This document shows, in pieces, positions 16,701 to 28,379 of a stretch of DNA of 64,000 nucleotides. The translations under genes and the position numbers were made by a program. The notes below the pieces were generated by a model that worked only from the letters and a program-made list of their open reading frames with translations, was not told the origin of the DNA and searched no databases. The stretch comes from Neocallimastix sp. 'constans' (lineage: Eukaryota), in contig JBODTK010000001.1 of assembly GCA_050613775.1 (NCBI GenBank), positions 1,736,001 to 1,800,000 of the forward strand, read 5' to 3'. The stretch's first letter is position 1; each line of letters begins with the position of its first letter.

Positions 16701-18954
16701 GTATATGTATATACGTATGTATTTATTTCTACATATTTATATTAATCTATTAAAAAAATTTTTTATTGTTTTTTATTTTTAATATTATTCCTATTGTAAT
16801 ACAAATTCAATGAGAGAACAAATAAAAATAAAGTCAAATAAAATAAAAAAAAAAGTAAAATAGATTATAATAATTGAAAACTAAAAGTAAAATAGTTTAT
16901 CATTATTTGTATCATAAGTTCTAAAATATACATATAAGAATCATTATAACTTTTATTTGCTCATTTCAAAAAAAAAAATATATATATATATTTTCCCATA
17001 TCACTAGTAAAAAAAACTAGAAAATTAATTTTTTTTTTTTTTTTTATATTTAGATGTTAATAATACACACACAAAACAAAAAAGTTTAGATTAAATTAAA
17101 ATACTAAAATAGTTTTTTATTTATTTTTTAAGGTTAATTACAAAAAAATAATTTTTTATCTTTTTATTTTTATTGATTGAAATAATTTATAGTATTTATA
17201 ATATTTATATATATTTCAATATTTCAATACAATTCAATACATTTCAATACATATATTTTATATTGTTCTATATATTATTATTTATACTTCTATATATTTG
17301 CTATTTTATTTAGTTTTATTTAGTTTTTATTTATTCCAATATTCAATACTTGCTAAATTCATTTTAAAGTTCATTTTCATATAAATTTGACTTTATATTT
17401 ATTTTATTCAATGGGCTTAATTTAATCATAATATATTAGGATTATTTTAATATAAAATAATAACTTTTAATTTCTATATAATAATTAATAAAAAATATAA
17501 TCAAATTATATTATATAATATATTTAATTTATTAAAATAAATGTATATTAATATATTTCAATATATATAATTTTTTAATCTATCCATATATATAATAATT
17601 AATATAAATATATATGAACATCGTAATAAATTATTGTTAAATTATTTTTTGTTTGTTGGTTTTTATTAAATTTTATTTTAATATATAGTATAATAAATGA
17701 TGGAATAAATATAAATATATGTTAACATTAGAGTTATCAATAAAATAAAATTAAATAAAATTAAATTATATAATATATTTATTTATACATATTTACAACT
17801 TTTTTATATTTTGATTTTAAATTGACCATTAAATTTATTATATAAAATAAAGTTTACATTTATATTAAATTATACATATATATAAACAGTATAAATAAAT
17901 ATATATTATAATAAATAAAATTTGAAAATAAAAAAAATGGATGAACAAATTTTTTCAATATATAAAGACTACTATTTAAAATGAATTGAAAATTAAATAT
18001 ATCAATTAAAATACATTTATTATCAATATAGTAAGAAATATATTAATTATATTATTATTTTTTAATAACAATTAAAAAAAATATGAAAGAATTAAAAAAA
18101 AATTACTTCAATAATACCTTTATGTATATTACATATATATATTGTATATATTATAATATATTTCCTGTAGTATTCATTCTATTATTTCTTTTATATTATC
18201 CATTTAAAGTTAACTTTTAATTTTAATTTCAATTTTATTTTAATAGAAATAGAATCTTTTATTTCATTCAATTTTAAAAATTATATTATTATTAAAATAT
18301 AAAATATAATTAAAAAATAAAATGAAATAAAAAAATTATATTTTAAAAAGGTTGAAAAAGAAAAAAAAAAAAAGTATAAAAAGAAAAGGTTTTTCCTGTC
18401 AATAATCTAAATTTCATTCATTTTTACAATATAAAAGAAATAATATTTTAGAGTTTTTTTTATTAATTTATATTTTTAAAATAATATTTATTTATTAATA
18501 AAAAGGAAAAAAAAATAGAAATAATTAATTTTTTTATAATTTATTTATTTATTTTTTAATTTATTTTATTTTATTTCATATTCTTGAATTAGTATTTTTT
18601 AAAAAAAGAAAACAACTAAAAAAAAACAGTTTTAATTTATTTTAATATAATTTTTTATTATAATTATTTAATTTCGATACTTAAAAGTTATTACTTTTAG
18701 TCCGAGAATAAATAATAACAAATAAAATATATAGCACATACAAAAAAAGAAAAAAAATTAGAAGCATCTTAATTATTATAATAATTATATAAAAAAGCTT
18801 TTATTATTTCTTTTTTGAAATTTTTTTATTGAAATTCTAAAGTGATAACTCGAAAGGAACAAAAAATTATAAATATAATATTAATAAAAAAAAAAAGAAA
18901 ATAACGTTAATTTTTCTACATTAATATAAATAATAAAAATTTGAAAAATAATTC

Positions 18955-18990
<36 letters not shown>

Positions 18991-19038
18991 TTACGTAATT
19001 TGCAATAACAAAACAATATAAAAATACAAAGAAGAAAA

Positions 19039-20886
19039 ATGAAATTTTCAACTTTATCTTTATTAGCTTCTGGTATTAGTGCCGTTTTCGCTATGAGCGG
19101 TTCTGGAAGAATGACCTTCTATGGTAATGCTGGTGAATGTCCATCGGAAAGAGCTATTCCTTCTTGTGGTCTCGTAGATTTCGATACTCAATACTACGTC
19201 GCTATGAATCATGAGCAATACGATTCTACTCTCTCTAACTATGCTAATCCAAATTCTGCTGCTGTTTGTAATACTTGTATTAAGGTGACTTATAATGGTA
19301 GAAGTGTTATCGGTAAGGTTATCGATAAATGTCCTTCTTGTGCCGCTGGTGCTATCGATGTAAGTCTTCCTCTCTTCAGAAAATTAGCCGATCCTGATTT
19401 GGGTGTTGTTAACGTCTCTTGGGAAACAACAAGCTGCAGTGGTTTAGTACGTACTTCTGGAGACGCTTGTAGTCTTTCTGAAGATTCTTCATCTTCTTTC
19501 CCTAGTAATGATAATAATGATGATGATAAAAAGGATTATAAGAAGACTACTACTACCACCACTACTACCACTACCACCACCACTACTAGCACTACTACTT
19601 CTGAGAAGCCAACTACAACTACAACCAGTACTACTACCACTACTACAGCTGAGAAGCCAACTACCACCACTACCACTATCACTAGTACTACCACTACTAC
19701 TACTTCTGAGAAGCCAACTACCACCACTACCACTATCACTAGTACTACCACTACTAGTACTTCTGAGAAGCCAACTACCACCACTACCATTATCACTAGT
19801 ACTACCACTACTACTACTTCTGAGAAGCCAACTACCACCACTACCACTATCACTAGTACTACCACTACTAGTACTTCTGAGAAGCCAACTACCACCACCA
19901 CCACCACCACCACTACCACTACTACTACTACTACTACTTCTGAGAAGCCAATTACTACTACAACTAGCACCACTAGTACCACTACTACTTCATCCAAGAA
20001 ATCAACTACCACTGCCGCTGTTAAAAAGAATAAAGATGTAAAACCATCCAATGTTACTCGTACTATTTCTAAGAAGCGTTCTTCTTCATCAACTAAAAAG
20101 TCTATAAAAACTGTAGCACCAGAACATGAAGACTATGAATACGATGAAATTGAATTTGATATTGAAGAAACAACAACTACTGAAACCGAAACTTTCACTG
20201 ATACTACTGCTTTTATTCTTCCAACCGATGTTACTATCTATTCTACCTTCTCTGAAGCTCCAACAGATGTTCCAATTGATTCTGAATCTTATTTAATTTA
20301 CCTTGATCATGAAGAAAAAATTGCTCAACAAAATATTGCTGTTGCTAAAAAGGAAAAGGAAGAAGCTAGAAAGGAAAGAAAAGAAGCTAAACAAGAACAA
20401 GTTGAAGCTAAGAAGGAACTTGAAGAAATAAAGAAGGAAAAGGAAAGAATAGAAGAAGATGATGAAGAAGATGAAAAGGAAATTCAAAGATCTGAAAAGA
20501 ATGCTCTTGAAAGACAAGCTAATGCTATTACTAGAGAAAAGAATGCTAATACTAGAATTAATATAGCTAATAAAATGGAAGATGAAGCTCTTGATAAGAA
20601 AGCTGAAATTGAAAAGAAACAAAAGGAAGCTGTTTCTTCCATGAAAGAAAAGAATGCTATGGGTAAGGGTATGGTTGCTGCTACAAGTATTGTTGGAGCT
20701 GCTGCATTTATTTTCGGAGGTGTCACCTTAAAGAAGCACAATCTAACCTCTATATCAAAGAATCAACTTACTAATGAAAGTGATTTAGTTCGTGAAGTTG
20801 AAGAAAATAAAATTGATATTCCATCTAATCAACAAAATATTAATATTGATGATGTAACTATTGATATCACAGATGCTGTTAATTAA
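19039..20886 (+). CDS. Secreted, probably membrane-anchored expansin/loosenin-like protein (RlpA-like double-psi beta-barrel + Thr-rich linker + charged coil + C-terminal TM helix)
   Basis: 615-aa intronless ORF. Signal peptide MKFSTLSLLASGISAVFA. DPBB motifs GRMTFY...SCG...YVAMN...CNTCIKV...VIDKCPSCAAGAIDVS...F..LA...GVVNVSW. Tandem SEKPTTTTTTITSTTTTTT repeats, E/K-rich helix, hydrophobic GMVAATSIVGAAAFIFGGVTL followed by KKH. Confidence 0.9.
   Translation: MKFSTLSLLASGISAVFAMSGSGRMTFYGNAGECPSERAIPSCGLVDFDTQYYVAMNHEQYDSTLSNYANPNSAAVCNTCIKVTYNGRSVIGKVIDKCPSCAAGAIDVSLPLFRKLADPDLGVVNVSWETTSCSGLVRTSGDACSLSEDSSSSFPSNDNNDDDKKDYKKTTTTTTTTTTTTTTSTTTSEKPTTTTTSTTTTTTAEKPTTTTTTITSTTTTTTSEKPTTTTTTITSTTTTSTSEKPTTTTTIITSTTTTTTSEKPTTTTTTITSTTTTSTSEKPTTTTTTTTTTTTTTTTTSEKPITTTTSTTSTTTTSSKKSTTTAAVKKNKDVKPSNVTRTISKKRSSSSTKKSIKTVAPEHEDYEYDEIEFDIEETTTTETETFTDTTAFILPTDVTIYSTFSEAPTDVPIDSESYLIYLDHEEKIAQQNIAVAKKEKEEARKERKEAKQEQVEAKKELEEIKKEKERIEEDDEEDEKEIQRSEKNALERQANAITREKNANTRINIANKMEDEALDKKAEIEKKQKEAVSSMKEKNAMGKGMVAATSIVGAAAFIFGGVTLKKHNLTSISKNQLTNESDLVREVEENKIDIPSNQQNINIDDVTIDITDAVN
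19600..19960 (+). repeat. Coding minisatellite, ~57-bp unit (SEKP-poly-Thr)
   Basis: TCTGAGAAGCCAACTACCACC... recurs about every 57 bp. Confidence 0.9.
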
Positions 20887-22259
20887 TTAACATAATAATA
20901 AATAAAAAAGAGATTCCATTATAATTGTTAATTTTTCTTAATTTTATAAAAAAACAAACAAACGAAATGCTATCTTTATAAATATAAGAATAATTAATAA
21001 TTAAAAGAACCATCACCTTATTTGTATAATAATAGATAGATAATATATAGAATATTAATGAATTTTTTTTTTTTTCAATATATAAAATAATTATTGTTAA
21101 TGGTAGTAGATAATAATTTAATATTATTGAGAAAAAAAAAAGAATATAACGCAATAATCGTATTTTCTTTTTATTAAAATACAATAATATTTTCACATAA
21201 TATATATACAAATAGTTTAGAAGAAATTATTATTGATTATTATTTAGTAATAATTTCACCCCACGTAAATAATTTAATTTTAATTTTTTAAAAATTTATA
21301 ATTTTTTATTTTAAAGAAATTGAAATGAAAGAGTTTTATTTTATTATAATAACAATCTTCATTTCAATTTTTTCTTTTCTGTAAGTTATAAATTTAATTT
21401 AATTTTATTATATTTTTTATTTATTTATTTATTTATTTTATAGCCAAATATTTTTAATTTTTAATTTATAGTTTAATAATTAGTTTGTTATTTTTATAGT
21501 AAATAACAATTTTTTATTTATTTATTTATTTATTTTAATTTTAATTATAATTATAATTTTATTTTAATTTTTAATAGTTTGTTATTTTATAGTAATAACA
21601 ATTCTTTAATTTATTTTTTTTTTTTTTATTTAATTTTAATAATATGTAATTTTTTAATAATTAAATTTTTTTCTTAATTTTTATTTAATCTTTTCACCAA
21701 AGAACAAAAAAAGAAAAAAAATATTTTATATTTTTTATTTATTTAGAAATTTAAATACGCATCAAAAACAAAACCAAAAAAAAAAATAGTATTTATTAGT
21801 ATTAAATATACTTTTTTTTTATTTTATTAAGTAGAGAAAAAAAAAAGATCTATTTTTTTTTTCTCATTTTTTTTTATTTTTTAATAATTTATAATATTTT
21901 ATTAAAAGATAAATTTATAGTTTTTTATTTTATTATTTTTTTTTTATTTTATTATTTTTTTTTACTTTTTTTATTTATTTATTCAATTTTTAGTTTATTA
22001 TTATTATAATAATATTTATTTTTATTTAATTTTTTTTTATTTTTATAATATATATTATTAACTAATTAAAAAAAAAAAAATATATGATAATTATTTTTAT
22101 ATTAAATAATAATTAAAAAATGATACAAATAAACATACAAAAAAAAAAAAAAAAAAAAAAAAAATAAAAGTAAAATAAAAAATAAAGAAGAGAAAAACTA
22201 AAAAACTTAAAAAAAAAAAAAAAGTAGTATTTATTTTGCTTTCCTTTTTTGTGTTTTTG

Positions 22260-22298
<39 letters not shown>

Positions 22299-22380
22299 TT
22301 GAAGAATAATATTAAATATAAATATTATTTAATAACATGTATATATAAAAACAAAGAAATAATAATAATAATAATATTTA

Positions 22381-22811
22381 TTTCAGAAATCAGAAACTTA
22401 ACATTTCAATATCCTAAGTATCAGTTGGGATTCTTTTGGATTTCTCGAATTAGGTGTGGTTTTAAATTTGACATTAGTATTTCCATTAAAAGAAAAATCG
22501 TCTCAGAAGATTGCCCTAAATGTTGCCCTTGTTGTGGTGTTAGTGTACCTAGCTTTTCTCACTGGATCTTTGCCTGTAAAGAATTGGAAAATTACACAAA
22601 TAAATCTTTACCTTTTCTAGATGATCTCTTTTTGAAGTTTGCAATGATAATTGAACAAAAATCCTTGGATGTTTCTTTAGATTCAGAAAAGGATTATGAT
22701 AATAATATTTATTATTATATATTTAGTGCACTTCTTGGTGGGCGTTCAATATATTCAAAAATTAAAGTTAATGATGGGGAACAAAGACAATTAGTTGACA
22801 ATTCCCAATGA
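22381..22811 (+). pseudogene. LINE ORF C-terminal fragment with Cys/His zinc-binding region
   Basis: RIRCGFKFD...CPKCCPCCG...SFSHWIFAC matches the CCHC region that follows RT in APE-type non-LTR elements; lies next to other LINE pieces. Confidence 0.65.
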
Positions 22812-23722
22812 TGTGGACTGTTTTTCCAGGTCCATGGAGGGTTGATGGAAAAGGATTAACCTATATCAGGTGTACTAATTACAGCTTTCTGTGATTCTGA
22901 TGATAATCGATGGTTATCCTTTCTAAAGTGGCTTCTAGTACGAAGGGTGAAAACTGGAATACTGGAAGACTGTAGAAAGTGAACCTGATGTTTTATATTG
23001 TTTTAAACTGGATATGTAGTAACATTGGAGTTGTATAATTAATAATATCATGTAGTTTCTACATATTATCATTGTAATGAATCTATTGTATTTTTTACTT
23101 TAGCATTATTTTGTATATGTATTTTTCTATAGTATTATTTATACTTTCATGTAGCTATTGTAAAATGGAAATGTAGGAGATTGATTCACTCCAAAGCTTG
23201 TGTTTAAGACATTATTTAACGGATGGGAATCTTTTTTATAGTCTTTCTCTACTAATATTTTTTCTTTTTAAATATACTTTTAGCTAATTTATGATTATTC
23301 AACAGAAAATTTTTAACATCTTAAAGCGCTTTATTAATTGAAAGAATTACAATCAGTCAAAAGATAAAAAGAAACAATTATTCATTTTAACAGTATATAC
23401 AAGTAATTTTGTATCAATAAATTACTAACCCTTGAGTAAATTTATAAATATTATATCAGTTATACAGGATAAAATCAATTATTTACAAAATCTAAAATCT
23501 ATTAAATCATTAAGAACAATATTTTATATTTCAAGCTTTCAAATATTCAACACCAATATTTTTTTTTTTTTACTATTTAAAAGGAATTTACTTTCTCTTT
23601 TATTTTTTAATTTATTTTATTATATATATAAAAAAAAAAAAAATTTTTATCTATTTTTTTTTTATTATTTTTATTATTTTTATTTTATTCTTCTTTTATT
23701 TTATTTTTTAGGCTTTCTTGAA

Positions 23723-24924
23723 ATGGATAATACTTCTTCAAATTCAGCAACTATACCTGTTTTGCGACGTGGTCTTCGAAGATACGATATTCAGAATAAA
23801 GATTTCATTCTTATCTTTATTCATGATCTTCAATCATGGTCTGTTAGTAAACTTTGGGAATTTCTTAGTAAACGTATTTCCAATTGCAATGAAATAGTTC
23901 ATGGAATTATAAAAACACACACACCTAATATGGAAAATTACTTCATTTTAAGGATAAACTATGATAAACCCACTTATTACCTAAATATTTTATTTCTTCT
24001 TACCCATTGCCTTCCAATCAATAAAATTAATTGGGTCCAAACCGACAAAATCAGAACTTTCAGTGAAGTTAAGAAATTTGACAACAAATTTTCTTCTTTT
24101 GAAACTAAATCAATGGCTAAAGATTTTCTTTATAGTAATATTTATTCACCGTCTACTCAGTTCTTTAATCTTTGTGTCAGTTGGAACATTAATGGATGGA
24201 ATGATGAAAAACGTGATGGTATTAGATACTTTAATGAAATTTTTAAACCCATCTGTATTTGCTTGCAAGAGGTCGGTAATAGCCAATACCTTAATGTACA
24301 TTCAAATAATTACCCATTTCTTTGTCACTATAATACAATTTTACGTAAAGCTGATCCAAATATACCCGGTATGAGAGGTCTTAGTATAAGTGTACATCGT
24401 TCATGTTCATTTTCTCCTGATCCCTTTGAATATAAGTATATCATTTCTGTCAACATTACTTCTTTTTGGGGAATTAAATGCACTATTGGTAATATTTATG
24501 TTCCTACGGTCACTTATAAGGAAGAAAGAAAGAATGCCTTTTCAGAAATTACTAATTGGATAAAGAAACATACTAATACACCTTCTATTCTTGTAGGTGA
24601 CTTTAATATGTCTAAATCCCAATTAGATAGTTTACTTAATAAATCATCTTATCAGTGGTTCACTAAAAACTTATCAGGTCTCGATTTCACATGGGCTCGG
24701 GATGGTAGATCTTAAAAAAGCCTATGATTCAGTTCCTATCTTTAATATTTTAACCAAATTATATAACTTAGGAATTAGAGATAAATGCCATCTGTTTTTA
24801 AAGAATCTTTATCTATCCTCTAAAGCTCGTGTTTTTTTTAATGGTAATCTCTCATGTAATTTTATTATTATTATAAATTAAATAAAGTTTTCTCTAAGTC
24901 TAAAAAAAAAAAAAAAAAAAAAAA
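23723..24924 (+). mobile_element. Internally deleted LINE: N-terminal region + APE endonuclease, short RT piece, 3' UTR and poly(A)
   Basis: APE motifs VSWNINGW, ICLQEV, IGNIYVP, LVGDFN. At ~24706 the sequence jumps to RT motif VDLKKAYDSVP...LGIR...LKNLY. At ~24852 it jumps to a 3' UTR (AATAAAG...CTAAGTCT) followed by A23. Confidence 0.85.
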
Positions 24925-25348
24925 GTTTACAATATTTTTAAACAAAGTTCAACTTCGTCAACTGTTCCGTGTTTTGTGGGGATTGCGGAGTTTCTAACAA
25001 ACGTAATATCATTAATTTGTCGATCTTTTAGTTTGATGATGAAATGATATTCCGTTGAATCTACCGTTACCAAGAGCGCCAAGAGCGTCGACGTCGAAAT
25101 GATAAGGCATGGATTTTCACCTCCAGATACAGATTCAATTGAGAACACTAATACTGAAATTATTACTCGCAATAATGGACGTGGTGTTATTATCGAAGAA
25201 TGGGAAAAGTTAGAGGATATTGCTTCTAACGCACTTTAATAATTTTATAATATATAATTTTTTATTTCATGTATTTTATTTGTTATTTTTTCATTTATTT
25301 TCATGTATTTTTATTATTATTATAAATTAAATAAAGTTATTCTCTAAG

Positions 25349-25393
<45 letters not shown>
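24925..25393 (+). mobile_element. 5'-truncated LINE 3' end with poly(A)
   Basis: Translates VPCFVGIAEFLT...KSVDVEMIRH. Its 3' UTR is nearly identical to 24852-24901 and ends GTCT + poly(A). Confidence 0.75.
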
Positions 25394-25395
<2 letters not shown>

Positions 25396-25898
25396 GAGTC
25401 ACCTGTTCCAAAAATTGTGGGCTTGGCGGAATTCTTAACAAGTGCAATACCTATCATAAGTAGTTCGTTTGAGCTATTATTTGATAGGTATTGCAAAATA
25501 CCAAACTTATCCAAGAGCGTCGACGTCGTACTGATAAGGCATAATGATAATACAGGATCATCATCTATTTCTACGAAGGATGAATCTCGCCCTAGTAGTT
25601 CAATAAATGGTGAATCCGGGGAGAGTTTAATGGACACCACACTATCTATTTTAAAGATGTTACTTCTAGGTTTTATTTCTTTTTTATTTGTTAGGAAGGG
25701 AAAAATTCCCGCATAGTACAAACTTGCCGAAATACATAGTATTTTCGAGCTTTTTTATTTTTTTTTATTTTTTAAATTTTTTATTTTTAATTTCAAATGT
25801 ACTTTTCACCTAAATGTATTTTTTAAAATAAAATTTAATAAAGTTTTGGAAGTGTATTCTCTTCCCTGTCTAAAAAAAAAAAAAAAAAAAAAAAAAAA
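25394..25898 (+). mobile_element. 5'-truncated LINE 3' end (related subfamily) with poly(A)
   Basis: ORF SPVPKIVGLAEFLT...KSVDVVLIRH is homologous to the preceding unit; shared DNA CCAAGAGCGTCGACGTCG; ends AATAAAG...CTGTCT + poly(A). Confidence 0.75.
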
Positions 25899-28010
25899 TT
25901 ATTCTTACTCAAAATATACATTTTGCCTTATCAGAAAAAGTGAATTCATCATATAATATCAACTTATTCACTACTTCAAATTCAAATTCAAATTCAAATT
26001 CAAGTTCAAATACAGATTCATGTTCAAGTTCAAGTACAAGTTCAAGTACAAGCTCAAGTTCAATTTCAAATTTATGTTTAAATTCAGTTTCAAGTTCAGA
26101 TTCAAATTCAAATTCAAGTTCAATCAATTATAATAATTCCAATAATATTAATAACACTCAAATTAATAATAATACAGTTAAAGAATTTTCTCTATGTGTC
26201 AGTTGGAATACTAATGGATGGAACTTTGATAAAAAAGACAGTGTTGAATTCTTTATTTCAATGTACAAACCACTTTTCTTATGCTTTCAAGAAACAGGAA
26301 ATGGTTCAGGTTCTAGCAGAAAATATCCATGTCAAGTTTCATTAAAAAACTGTAAACATTTTTTCAAAAAAGCTAATAATGAAATTCCCGGTAAAAAGAG
26401 GACTATATGTAGGGTTTCATAATTCTTGTCAAGCCTCTCTTGAAAACAACACTTATGAGTATATTATTTCTTTGTATACTTATAATTTTTGGAATTTCAC
26501 TAAATGTTCTATTGGTAATGTGTACGTACCTCATAGTGGCCATAACCTTCATGCTAGAGCTGCTAGAATTGAAATTTTGTCGTGGTTAAATAGTCACTCT
26601 TCTCATCCTTCAATGTTGGTTGGTGATTTTAATTTACCTACTGAGAAATTAGGTAATTTGCTCTCTAAATTTAGTAATTGGAAAATTCTTCCCTTATGGG
26701 GCTCCCCAATTTCATGGAGTAGAGGTAATAGAGAATCTGATATAGATCATGCGATTGTCAATGATTATATGTTAGATTTACTTTCATATGGTACTTTTAT
26801 TGACTTTCCCCCTCATTTCGGATCATAAACCTTTATTAATAAAAGGTAAATGTTTTTCATCAGTTAATTCAGATAATTCTTTCTCTCTGCCTAAAAAGAC
26901 AGTTAAATGGGATAGATTAAAATGTATAAATGAAAAAGAATCAATTTTTGACAACAACTATTTTAGTGTATTAGAGGAAGTGATTCCAGATCCTAATATT
27001 AGTATTGATGATATTTCTAAGAAATTTATTTCAACTTCATTCAATATTGCTAAGGAACTTAATATCACGTCAATATCAGAAGTTAGAAAATTTTTTTTTC
27101 ATATGTCACAAAAAATATTTAATTTGCAAAAACTCAAAATGAAATTATATAAAGCCATTAAAAGAAGAGGTTTCTATCATAATTTAGATGAATTTGAAGA
27201 ATTAATTGAAAAATATAATAGAATGTGCAAAATTATTCATCATATGTGTAATATTTATAAGGAAAACTGAATACCAACATTGGATCAATATAGGATGTGA
27301 ATATATGAAATCTAATAACCCAAAGAAAGCTTGGAAATGGCTTAAAACAACAGCAAAAGTAGATAAAATTAAAAATATGTCAAATTTTCCAGTAAAGGAC
27401 AAAAATGGTAAACTAGCTACTTCTACTAAAGAACAGTTAGAAGTATGGCACAATCACTATAAAAAACTTGCTTCAAGCCATTCTGATATCAATAGTGCAT
27501 TAATCGAATGGTCTAATAAATTTTCCAATGGTACAATTAGGTATACGAGACACAATGAATAGGATATAAATCAAGACATTAGTATAGAAGAAATTAAAGA
27601 AGCAATTTTAGCTACTCCAAATTATAAAGCTTCAGGCCCGAATGGAATTCCTATTGAACTTTATAAAGCTTTAATTCCTCCGGATGACGAAAATTCAGTA
27701 AATAATTCTTTTTCTGGTTTAAATTGTTTACAGAAAATATACTTAAGAATTTGGAATGGAGAATTTCCTAGCACTTGGAGTGAAGCAAGTATTATATCTA
27801 TTCCTAAAAAAGGAGATGATCTATCCGATTTTGACAATTATCGAGGTATCTCTCTGATTAACAATGGTATTAAACTCATTTCGAAAATAGTCTCCAAAAG
27901 AATTTCGGAATATGGACTTAAAAATAATTTTATTAGGCCAGAGTAATTTGGATTTTGTACTAAAGAAGAAATGTGTTAATTTATTTATTTCAATTCGAGA
28001 AATTTGTCAA
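25899..28010 (+). pseudogene. Frameshifted LINE: APE endonuclease, linker and N-terminal RT; 3'-truncated
   Basis: VSWNTNGW, CFQETG, VGDFN, IDHAIV, SDHKP (APE). KASGPNGIP, ISIPKKGD...DNYRGISLIN (RT). Broken into several ORFs (25940, 26379, 26788, 27206). Confidence 0.9.
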
Positions 28011-28370
28011 AGGCATAAAAATGATAAAATATCTCCGGCTTTAATTTCTTTAGTTTTGTTCCAACTCTGTTTTTCTTCTCGTCTAGCAGCCCAATATTTA
28101 TTGACATTCTTGATGTTTTCACAAGCTTCCATAGTCCAGCGATAATGATTGATAAATTTTTCCAGTAAGATTTCATCAGATGATTTATTAATTCCTTTGG
28201 TCGGTCTAGCTGCGATATCAAAGGGTTGCTGATCTTCTCTACCATACACTAATTCGAAACTTGAATGATTAGTTGTAGAATTTTTAACTGTTCTAAGAGC
28301 CCAAAGAGCCGACGGTAACACTTTGTCCCAATCTCTATTTTCGGATCCTAGAAGTCATAATAGCTTGCCT
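28007..28370 (-). pseudogene. Ty3/Gypsy integrase C-terminal fragment
   Basis: DWDKVLPSALWALRTVKNSTTNHSSFELVYGRE...EIKAGD is typical of the Gypsy integrase core end. Confidence 0.85.
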
Positions 28371-28379
28371 ATTTCTTTG

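Noticed and set aside
19508..20741. Alternative-frame and antisense ORFs over the expansin-like gene
   Set aside because: Shadows of the Thr repeat and E/K-rich coding sequence.
22890..22930. Hammerhead ribozyme at CTGATGA + hairpin
   Set aside because: No GAAA after the stem and no closing stems I/III.
23432..23722. N-terminal extension of the LINE ORF given in the ORF track
   Set aside because: TTG start and F/Y/L-rich translation of T-rich DNA; the credible start is ATG 23723 or a splice acceptor at ~23711.
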